Shown here piece by piece: positions 1-7,124 of a stretch of DNA of 15,516 nt. Under the pieces are notes generated by a model. It was not told where the DNA came from and did not search any database. It saw nothing but the letters and a program-made list of their open reading frames with translations. Position numbers and translations under genes: made by a program. The stretch spans positions 1-15,516 of the forward strand of contig CAYVSA010000020.1 of the NCBI GenBank assembly GCA_964454175.1, written 5' to 3'. Every line of letters starts with the position of its first letter. Position 1 is the first letter of the stretch. The stretch comes from an uncultured Pseudomonadota bacterium (GTDB taxonomy: Bacteria > BMS3Abin14).

Positions 1-29
1 TTTCGTCTCGGGTTTCAGGATGGTCATGT

Positions 30-1859
30 TTACTCCACGGTGACGCTCTTTGCGAGGTTCCTGGGTTGATCCACATCAGTTCCCTTGAGTACTGCCACGT
101 AATAGGCAAACAGCTGCAGGGGAAGGGTGGTAAGAATGGGCGTTAGAAACGGCTCTGTTACGGGAACGGTGAAGAGGGAATCGGACGTCTCAACAAGTGC
201 GCTGTCTTCGTGGTCCGCAACGGCAATTACCACGCCGCCCCGGGCCCTGACCTCCTCCAGGTTTGCAAGGACCTTTTCGTAAACGGAATCCTTCGGGGCC
301 AGGAATACGACAGGCATGTTCTCGTCAATGAGGGCAATGGGGCCGTGCTTCATTTCGCCGGCGGGGTATCCTTCCGCGTGAATATAACTTATTTCCTTGA
401 GTTTCAGCGCCCCTTCGAGGGCTATCGGGTAGTTCACCCCCCTGCCGAGATAGAGAAAGTTTGAGTAGCGATAGTATTTTCCCGCGAGGTCCTCAATCTC
501 GCCGGCCCTGGCCAGGATGTCCTCAAGTTTGTTGGGAAGGGCGTAAAGCTCGTCCAGCATCTCCCGGCATCGCTCGGGGGCGAGGTGCCCCCGTTTCCTG
601 CCGAGGTACATGGCAAGGAGGGTCAGGCAGGCAAGCTGGGTCGTGAAAGCCTTGGTGGAGGCAACGCCTATTTCGGGCCCGGCATGGGTATAGATAACCC
701 CTGACGATTCCCTGGTCATCATGCTGCCGACGACGTTGCAGATGGAAAGTACCGAAGTGCCTTTTTTCCTGCACTCTCTCACCGCAGCCAGAGTATCTGC
801 AGTCTCCCCCGACTGGGAGATGGCAACAGCCAGCGTTTTCTTGCCCAGGATCGGGTCGCGGTATCGGAACTCAGACCCGTAATCAACTTTTGTGGGCAGC
901 CCAGCCAGGCTCTCAAACAGGAACTGGCCCACAAGACCCGAGTGCCATGATGTGCCGCAAGCTACTATGACGCACCTTTCCAGGCCCTGGATATAACTGT
1001 CGTCCAGCTCCAGATCGTCGAGTTGGAAGTCCCCGTTGTCTTCAAATATCCTGCCGCGAACGGTGTCGGCAAGGGCTTCAGGCTGTTCATGGATCTCCTT
1101 GAGCATGAAGTGTTTGTATCCGCCTTTTTCAGCCATGACCGGATCCCAGTTAATGGAAACTTCTTCCGGGTCCCGACTGGTCCCCGCAAGATCGGTTATC
1201 ACTACTCCTTCAGAAGTCACCTGCCCGATCTCCTGGTCGTCCAGGTAAATGAAGCGCCGGGTGTGGTGAAGGACTGCGGGGATATCGGAGGCCACAAACA
1301 TCTCACCTTCACCAATACCCACAACAAGAGGCGGCCCGTACCTGGCTGCAACCAGTTTTCCAGGTTCGTCCGCACTGAGAGCCACGATGGCATAGACACC
1401 CTTTATCATTTCCAGAGAGACCCTTACCGCCGCGGCCAGATCTCCAGAGTAGTTCTCTTCAATCAGGTGGGCGAGTACCTCGCTGTCGGTCTCCGAGAGG
1501 ATCTTGTGCCCCTTGTCGGCAAGTTCTTCTCTCAGGTTCCTGTAGTTCTCAATTATCCCGTTGTGAACCAGGACGATCCTGCCTGAACAGTCGGTGTGGG
1601 GGTGAGCATTTTCCTCGTTGGGCCGACCGTGGGTGGCCCAACGAGTGTGGCCGATACCGGCGGACCCGCCGACGGGATTGTTTTTGAGCACTTTTTCCAG
1701 GGCTGTGATCTTTCCAACACTCCTTCGCACCTGGAGGCCGCCGTCTTCAATAATCGCGATGCCTGCTGAATCGTAACCCCTGTATTCGAGCCTCCTCAAC
1801 CCATCCATGAGGATGTCAGAGGCCTCGCCCCTGCCTACATACCCGACTATCCCGCACAT
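30..1859 (-). CDS. glmS: glutamine--fructose-6-phosphate aminotransferase (isomerising), GlmS
   Basis: The 609-aa ORF starts MCGIVGYVG with the N-terminal nucleophile Cys2 of the class II glutamine amidotransferase domain. It contains the LRRLEYRGYDSAG motif and two SIS domains, and ends ...KSVTVE as in E. coli GlmS. A strong SD (AAGGAAAGGGAAAAG) lies upstream on the minus strand. The stop codon is TAA. Confidence 0.95.
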   Translation of the reverse strand: MCGIVGYVGRGEASDILMDGLRRLEYRGYDSAGIAIIEDGGLQVRRSVGKITALEKVLKNNPVGGSAGIGHTRWATHGRPNEENAHPHTDCSGRIVLVHNGIIENYRNLREELADKGHKILSETDSEVLAHLIEENYSGDLAAAVRVSLEMIKGVYAIVALSADEPGKLVAARYGPPLVVGIGEGEMFVASDIPAVLHHTRRFIYLDDQEIGQVTSEGVVITDLAGTSRDPEEVSINWDPVMAEKGGYKHFMLKEIHEQPEALADTVRGRIFEDNGDFQLDDLELDDSYIQGLERCVIVACGTSWHSGLVGQFLFESLAGLPTKVDYGSEFRYRDPILGKKTLAVAISQSGETADTLAAVRECRKKGTSVLSICNVVGSMMTRESSGVIYTHAGPEIGVASTKAFTTQLACLTLLAMYLGRKRGHLAPERCREMLDELYALPNKLEDILARAGEIEDLAGKYYRYSNFLYLGRGVNYPIALEGALKLKEISYIHAEGYPAGEMKHGPIALIDENMPVVFLAPKDSVYEKVLANLEEVRARGGVVIAVADHEDSALVETSDSLFTVPVTEPFLTPILTTLPLQLFAYYVAVLKGTDVDQPRNLAKSVTVE

Positions 1860-3250
1860 CAGCTCTTTTCCCTTTCCTTGACCGCTCTCTCGCGGAATTT
1901 TGGTGCCCAGTCATCCTTGACGGTCTGTTTACTCCTGGCGATGCCAAGTGAGTCTGGGGGAAGGTCCGAGGTTATGGTCGATCCCGCAGCGGTTATGGCG
2001 CCTTTTCCCACCTGAACCGGTGCGACCAGCATTGTCCCGCTGCCGATGAATACGCCGTCCCCTAACACTGTCTTGTGTTTGGAAAACCCGTCGTAGTTGC
2101 ATGTGACAGTTCCGGCTCCCACGTTGACTCCTTCACCGAGCTGTGAATCTCCGATGTAAGTGAGGTGGGACGCCTTGCTGCCCTTTCCAATTGTGGATTT
2201 TTTTACCTCGACGAAGTTTCCGATCTTTGAACCCTCCATCAGACGGGTCTCGGGCCGGAGGTGGGCGAAGGGCCCCACGACTGCGCCTGTATCGATGATG
2301 GACTTCTCTATTACGGAATAGGGCTTCACCTCGACTTCAGGGCCGATGATCGAGTCCTTTATTACTGCGCCGGGATGGATCACAGACCCTGAACCAACGC
2401 GGGTCTTGCCGTAAAGGAAAGTCATGGGGTGGAGGATGACGTCAGATTCGATACGGACAGTCTCATCAACGTAGGTTGTTTCCGGGTCAATAATCCGAAC
2501 GCCGGAGTCCATAAGTTTTGCCAGTATTTCCTTCTTCATGACCACCTCCATGGCAGCGAGTTGGGCAAGTGTGTTGATGCCCATGGCCTGTGCCGGGTCC
2601 TCGATCACGCAGGTAGATACAGTCTTGCCTGTTTCCGATGCTGCCAGAACAAGATCTGTCAGGTAGTACTCCCCCTGGGCGTTGTCGTTTCCCAGGCGCG
2701 GGAGCTCCTCTGTCAGAAAACGGGATTCAAAGGCGTATACGCCCATGTTGCCCTCATTGATCTTTTCCTGACCCTCAGTGAGATCCCTTTGCTCGCGAAT
2801 GGCAACAGCCCTTCCCGAACCGTCTCTTATTATTCTGCCGTAGCCCTCCGGATCACCAAGGATGGATGTCATGACGGTGACGGCAGCAGAGCTTTTCCTG
2901 TGTTCCTTCAGCAGGTCTTCAAGGTTTTTCCGGCTGAGCAGGGGCACATCCCCGGAAAGGACCAGGACTGTACCCGAAAACCCCCTGATCAGGTCAAGGC
3001 ACTGCAAAAGTGCGTGTCCTGTGCCGAGTTGAGGCTCCTGGATCACAATTTCGCAGTTCTCAAGATCCTTGACGGCAGCCTCTACAAGGTCGGCCCTGTG
3101 TCCCAACACTACCAGTATCCTGTCGGCTGAGATCTCCCCGGCTTGCGAAAGAGCATGCTTGATGAGCTGTTTGCCGCCGAGGGTGTGAAGGACCTTGGGG
3201 ATTTTTGAGTTCATCCTGGTACCCTTGCCGGCGGCAAGGATGACGGCCAT
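1859..3250 (-). CDS. glmU: bifunctional UDP-N-acetylglucosamine pyrophosphorylase / glucosamine-1-phosphate N-acetyltransferase, GlmU
   Basis: [27 protein letters not shown] aligns with the E. coli GlmU N-terminus ([28 protein letters not shown]). The C-terminal left-handed beta-helix hexapeptide repeats and the NYDG motif are present. The six-frame ORF extends to 3304, but the Met at 3248-3250 has an AGGAAA SD 8 nt upstream and matches the homologue's start. The TGA stop overlaps the glmS ATG by 1 nt (CTGATG). Confidence 0.93.
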   Translation of the reverse strand: [463 protein letters not shown]

Positions 3251-3371
3251 CAGCGGACTTTCCTGCGGATGTGACATAAACGTTTTGAAAGCTCCTGACT
3301 GCATTGATAGCGGCTAAACCGCGATTGGGGATTATTCCAGCAACCCTAATGACTGTCAAGGGTTTGACTGA

Positions 3372-3445
3372 GGTTTGAGCTGGTTCCATGTTCCAGGTTC
3401 CATGTTCCATGTTCCAATGCTCCAATCTCTAAGGCTCTAATCTCC
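3372..3445. repeat. tandem heptamer array (GTTCCAT/GTTCCAG x5) decaying into GCTCCAAT/CTCTAAG/GCTCTAAT units, in the divergent intergenic region
   Basis: Read directly from the sequence: GGTTCCAT GTTCCAG GTTCCAT GTTCCAT GTTCCAAT GCTCCAAT CTCTAAG GCTCTAAT. On the minus strand the array reads (ATGGAAC)n, which creates the spurious ORF MEHWNMEHGTWNMEP. Confidence 0.7.
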
Positions 3446-3486
3446 ATTTTCCAGTGCTCTATCACCGACCACAAACTGTAAAGGTT

Positions 3487-3515
3487 TTGAAATAGAAGTG
3501 TTGTTCTGGTATCAT
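3487..3515 (+). promoter_or_regulatory. putative sigma70-type promoter (TTGAAA - 17 nt - TATCAT) for the plus-strand cluster
   Basis: TTGAAA at 3487-3492, a 17-nt spacer, then TATCAT at 3510-3515, about 65 nt upstream of the 3581 start. This is motif inspection only. Confidence 0.35.
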
Positions 3516-3580
3516 TTCTGGGATATTTTAAGACATATCCTGAACATTCGTCTCAAATGGGGGTCGCCTGACGGCGGGAA

Positions 3581-4129
3581 ATGAAAAACCGGGTACAGAA
3601 ACTGGAAAGCAGTATCAACCAGCTGAAAGCTCAGTACGACCAGTACTTTCTGGGAGTTTTAAAGGCGCCTCCAGCCAAACTGGCAGATGAAGTGGCTCGT
3701 GAGGTAAGGTTTCTGACGTCAAAGAAAATGCAGAGTACCGCACTTCAGTTCAAACTCCAGCAGATAATTGCACGCTACAACACCTACCTGAATTTCTGGC
3801 AGAGGAGCATCAGGGACCTGGAAGAGGGCCGGACTACCCGTCGGAAGGACAAGGGCGCCGCGGCGGCAAAAGCCAGGGAGGGTGTTTTCCAGGTCAGTTC
3901 CATCGATTCCGACAAGGTTCAGGTGGAGTCACTTTACAGAAAGCTGACTAGTGAATACAGGGAAGCTGGCAAAAAACAGGTTCCCGGTCTGCCTAAGGTC
4001 AGGGAAATGGTCAAACAGCAGACTGATCTGATAAAACAGAAGTTTAACTGCGATACCGTTGAATACAGGGTTGTTGTCGAAGAGGGTAAGGTAAAGATCA
4101 AGGCCAACCCTGTAACAGGAAAGGGGTAG
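3581..4129 (+). CDS. hypothetical protein, N-terminal coiled-coil/helical half and beta-rich C-terminal half; first gene of the SPFH cluster
   Basis: 182-aa ORF with an ATG start and a GGCGGG purine-rich stretch upstream. The N-terminal 100 residues are strongly helical and rich in K/Q/E/L (MKNRVQKLESSINQLKAQYDQYF...). The C-terminus (EYRVVVEEGKVKIKANPV) looks like beta strand. No family was recognised. It is in the same frame as the next ORF and ends in TAG. Confidence 0.55.
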   Translation: MKNRVQKLESSINQLKAQYDQYFLGVLKAPPAKLADEVAREVRFLTSKKMQSTALQFKLQQIIARYNTYLNFWQRSIRDLEEGRTTRRKDKGAAAAKAREGVFQVSSIDSDKVQVESLYRKLTSEYREAGKKQVPGLPKVREMVKQQTDLIKQKFNCDTVEYRVVVEEGKVKIKANPVTGKG

Positions 4130-4138
4130 GGGCAGAAA

Positions 4139-4651
4139 TTGGCACGCTCAAAGGCAGCAGACCTGCTCGAGAAGCTTACCCGGTTCGTACCGGGTATTTC
4201 AGGGTACCAGGACAGGGAAAAGAGGAGGGCTTCGGACAAAGCTGTCAGGGACAGCGCAGCCGGAGCGGTTCTCAAGTGCAGGGAGCTTGTGCTGGGTATG
4301 ATGTCGGAACTCTCGCGGAGCAAAGGGCTCTCCAACCTCAAGTCGGTGGGTGTCCTGGAAGGTACGGCCGTGAAGCTGGAACGACTCGAGGATGAGCTGA
4401 GGTATGCTTCTTACGGTTACTCAGGCTTTTTCGACCGTGACGGAATAAGTATTGATGAACTTGAGGACCTCTATGATTCAGACCTGTCCCTCCTGGAGAG
4501 TGCTGGAAAACTCGAGGGCATGGTGGGAGACTCACCCCCACAGTCCGCATCTTCAGGGTGGGTGAAGGACCTGGGTGATGCGGTCGATGAGCTTTCGGGA
4601 TCGGTGAGCAGCAGGAAAAAGAAACTGGACTCTGAAAGGGGCCGAGTGTGA
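4139..4651 (+). CDS. hypothetical acidic helical protein, translationally coupled to the downstream SPFH gene
   Basis: 170-aa ORF starting at TTG 4139, 9 nt after the upstream TAG and in the same frame. GGAAAGGGG lies 11 nt upstream. Its TGA stop overlaps the GTG start of the SPFH gene (GTGTGA). There is no TM segment and no recognised family. Confidence 0.5.
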   Translation: MARSKAADLLEKLTRFVPGISGYQDREKRRASDKAVRDSAAGAVLKCRELVLGMMSELSRSKGLSNLKSVGVLEGTAVKLERLEDELRYASYGYSGFFDRDGISIDELEDLYDSDLSLLESAGKLEGMVGDSPPQSASSGWVKDLGDAVDELSGSVSSRKKKLDSERGRV

Positions 4652-5772
4652 GCGAATTTATTGAAGTCCTGGAGTGGGAGGACTCCACCGGGGAGGAAAT
4701 GGTGTACAGAATTCCTCCAGATGGGACCGGGGAGATAAAGTTTGGTGCCCAGTTGGTAGTTAATGAAAATCAGGCTGCTGTGTTCTTCCGGGACGGACGC
4801 GCACTGGATGTATTGGGTCCGGGCCGTCACACCCTCACTACCCAGAACCTTCCGCTGCTGACGAAGGCTCTGAGCTTGCCCTTCGGGTTCAAAAGCCCCT
4901 TCCGGGTTGCTGTCTACTTCGTGGCGATGAAGACCTTTACGAACATGACCTGGGGAACGAGAGACCCGGTTGCCTTCAGGGACAGCGAGTTGGGGATGGT
5001 CCGCCTCAGGGCCCACGGAAACTTCACCATCCGGATAGTCCAGCCCATGCTGTTCGTTAACGTGGTGGTTGGAACTCAGGGCGTGTACCTGACCGATGAG
5101 ATCTCGGATTTTTTAAGGGCGGTGATCGTGTCAGGACTCAACGATCTTCTTGGTGAACATGTGGAAACTCTCCTGGACCTTCCCCGGATTTACGAGGAGC
5201 TCGGCGCAGCAGCAAAAGCCAGGCTCCGGGACGAATTCTTAAAGTACGGTATTGAATTAAGAGATATGATAATCAGGGCGATAACACCCCCGGACGATGT
5301 ACAGAAGATAATCGATGAAAAGGGCAGTATGCGGGCTGTTGGGGAGGACGATTATCTGCGTTTTAAGGCGGCGCAGTTCATGGGTAACGCAGCCGAATCC
5401 CAGGGGGAGGGCGCCGGCTCAACCGCCCAGTCGGGCATGGGCCTCGGTCTGGGAGCCGGTTTCGGCATGATGGTTCCGGCTTTTCTCCAGGGGGCACTTG
5501 AAAAGAAGGAACTTAAAAAAGCGGGCCGGGCATTTTCCTGCCCCCAGTGCGAGACATCCCTGCCCGAAGATGCCAGATTCTGCCATGTTTGCGGGACGGC
5601 TCTGCTCAAGGGTCAGATTTGCTCCGGATGCGGCCAGGACCTGCCGGCGGATGCCAGGTTCTGCTATCAGTGCGGAGTTGAGGTTAAGAAACTTGCGAGA
5701 AATTGCCCTCACTGTTCGAAGAAAGTTCCTGATGCGGCCAGTTTCTGTCTCAATTGCGGCGAAAAACTCTAA
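4648..5772 (+). CDS. SPFH/Band-7 superfamily protein of the Band_7_1 (YdjI-like, 'putative virion core protein') type with three C-terminal tandem zinc ribbons
   Basis: The N-terminus MSEFIEVLEWEDSTGEEMVYRIPPDGTGEIKFGAQLVVNENQAAVFFRDGRALDVLGPGRHTLTTQNLP closely parallels B. subtilis YdjI (..VVEWEEF.DDMIFYKW......IKKGSRLIIRPGQDAVFLNNGR...). A Gly/Met-rich linker follows. Three tandem zinc-ribbon repeats then close the protein, each C-x2-C, 10 residues, then ARFC-x2-CG: CPQC..ARFCHVCG, CSGC..ARFCYQCG and CPHC..ASFCLNCG. There is no TM segment. The start is GTG. Confidence 0.8.
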   Translation: MSEFIEVLEWEDSTGEEMVYRIPPDGTGEIKFGAQLVVNENQAAVFFRDGRALDVLGPGRHTLTTQNLPLLTKALSLPFGFKSPFRVAVYFVAMKTFTNMTWGTRDPVAFRDSELGMVRLRAHGNFTIRIVQPMLFVNVVVGTQGVYLTDEISDFLRAVIVSGLNDLLGEHVETLLDLPRIYEELGAAAKARLRDEFLKYGIELRDMIIRAITPPDDVQKIIDEKGSMRAVGEDDYLRFKAAQFMGNAAESQGEGAGSTAQSGMGLGLGAGFGMMVPAFLQGALEKKELKKAGRAFSCPQCETSLPEDARFCHVCGTALLKGQICSGCGQDLPADARFCYQCGVEVKKLARNCPHCSKKVPDAASFCLNCGEKL

Positions 5773-5807
5773 CGTTATGGGGTCGGACCCCAGGGTAATG
5801 ATCCGCC

Positions 5808-7124
5808 ATGGACTCCTGCTACGTAAGTCATAGTTGTCCTCAATGCGGGGGTGATGTCCTTTTTACCGAGATGACCACCGGTACCAGGTGCAGGTACTGC
5901 GACGCTGGGTTCCTCGTGCTGGGCGGCAGGTCTGCCTGGCTCAACTTTCTTATTAAACCCAGGTTGGGGGCCAGGGAGACGGCAAGGGCAGTTACGAAAA
6001 CTGCAATTGACCGTGGGTGGGGCCCTCCCATGCTTCGCTCGGTAATTCAGTTCTACCTTCCCTACTACAGGACCACCGGGCAGGTTGTGAGGTGGTTGAA
6101 AGGTGAAAAGAGGGTTGAAGGCCCCTCTCCGAATACGATCGTGGAAAAGATCAAAACGAGGCATGCTGATATCATGCGCCCTGCCTTTGATGATCTCTGG
6201 TCCGGCTTGTTCTCACCCGGTGTCAGAGCGCAGACCCTGAATCTTTTTGTGGCTACCGAAGAAAATGCCGGGAAGCTGGCCTTCGTTCCCGTCAAAGCAA
6301 AAAAGGAGGAGTTTCTGCGTGAGACCAGGGGGGGGTTGACCAGCGGACTGAATGAAGCCGGCCTCAAGGTGTTCGAGGAAAAGACATTTTTTATTTCGGA
6401 ACGACACACAGTTCTCTACTTCCCCCTGTCTATGGCAGAGGTGAGGGAAGGTGGAGGGCCCCGGTGGCTTCTGTTCGATGCGGTTGGCGGCGGCTACTTA
6501 AGAGACATCACCCGAAATGACATGGAGACTCTTCTCGACAGCATGGGTATTTCCGGGGATGGATCGCCTGGAGAAGGCCGGTTGAAACTGGTTCCCCTGA
6601 TATGTCCCGAGTGCGCGGGGGACCTCGATGATGAGCCGTATGCCGCCGTCAGGTTCTGCCGCAGCTGCGGCAGGGGATGGGAGTCAGCGGGAAGCCGCCT
6701 GAAAGAGAGAGAGTGCCTCTGGACCGGTGCACCTGAAAAAGAGGATGACACGGGCACATTGTACCTGCCCTTCTGGAGGAGACAACATTCAGGCAGCATC
6801 TTTCACGTGCCGGCCTTCGGTATACGATCTCCCAGGCTTCTTTACAACGTGTCGGTTCACTACCTGAATGCCGGGTTTGACGCAGAACCCATACCCTACA
6901 GCAGGAGGTTGAGGATACGAAGGCTGCCTGCGCAGCTGCATGCCGACGAGGCTTGGAATGTCGAGAAGATGGGCTCGGCCCGATCCCGCGGTTTGGAAGG
7001 ATCTGGTGAAAACGACTCCGGACAGGCTCTGCTTATGGTACCATTCAGGAAAAGGGGTACAGACCTTGTAGACCTCATTCACGGGGTAGCTGTACCGCTT
7101 TCCGCTCTTGATGGAAGGGTTTGA
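5808..7124 (+). CDS. double zinc-ribbon protein (YdjG-like architecture), function unknown
   Basis: 438-aa ORF. An N-terminal zinc ribbon (CPQCGG..CRYC) is at residues 10-31 and a second (CPECAG..FCRSCG) is at about 257-283. There is no TM segment. It sits between the SPFH gene and nfeD, and its TGA stop overlaps the nfeD start region. Confidence 0.7.
   Translation: MDSCYVSHSCPQCGGDVLFTEMTTGTRCRYCDAGFLVLGGRSAWLNFLIKPRLGARETARAVTKTAIDRGWGPPMLRSVIQFYLPYYRTTGQVVRWLKGEKRVEGPSPNTIVEKIKTRHADIMRPAFDDLWSGLFSPGVRAQTLNLFVATEENAGKLAFVPVKAKKEEFLRETRGGLTSGLNEAGLKVFEEKTFFISERHTVLYFPLSMAEVREGGGPRWLLFDAVGGGYLRDITRNDMETLLDSMGISGDGSPGEGRLKLVPLICPECAGDLDDEPYAAVRFCRSCGRGWESAGSRLKERECLWTGAPEKEDDTGTLYLPFWRRQHSGSIFHVPAFGIRSPRLLYNVSVHYLNAGFDAEPIPYSRRLRIRRLPAQLHADEAWNVEKMGSARSRGLEGSGENDSGQALLMVPFRKRGTDLVDLIHGVAVPLSALDGRV

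Noticed and set aside
210-1586. Several plus-strand ORFs of 60-187 aa inside glmS (210-464, 461-646, 1023-1586, 1036-1248)
   Set aside because: They run antisense to a confidently identified, highly conserved glmS CDS. This is the typical GC-rich shadow-ORF pattern, with no RBS and no recognisable motifs.
3060-3425. 121-aa minus-strand ORF (MEHWNMEHGTWNMEP...)
   Set aside because: Its N-terminus is just the (ATGGAAC)n heptamer array read in frame, and the rest runs antisense into the glmU N-terminal coding region. It has no SD and its composition is driven by the repeat. It is spurious.
3372-3445. Possibility that the heptamer arrays are CRISPR arrays
   Set aside because: The units are 7 nt with no spacers between them and there are no cas genes. 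They are simple tandem repeats.
5779-5791. Palindrome GGGGTCGGACCCC between the SPFH gene and the two-zinc-ribbon gene as a terminator
   Set aside because: The stem is very short with no following T-tract, and the downstream gene appears co-transcribed. At most it is a minor RNA structure.
5498-5833. 111-aa plus-strand ORF overlapping the zinc-ribbon tail and the 5772-5808 junction
   Set aside because: It is an alternative frame of the Cys-rich repeat region. The zinc-ribbon frame gives clean C-x2-C repeats, whereas this frame gives an R/A-rich low-complexity translation.
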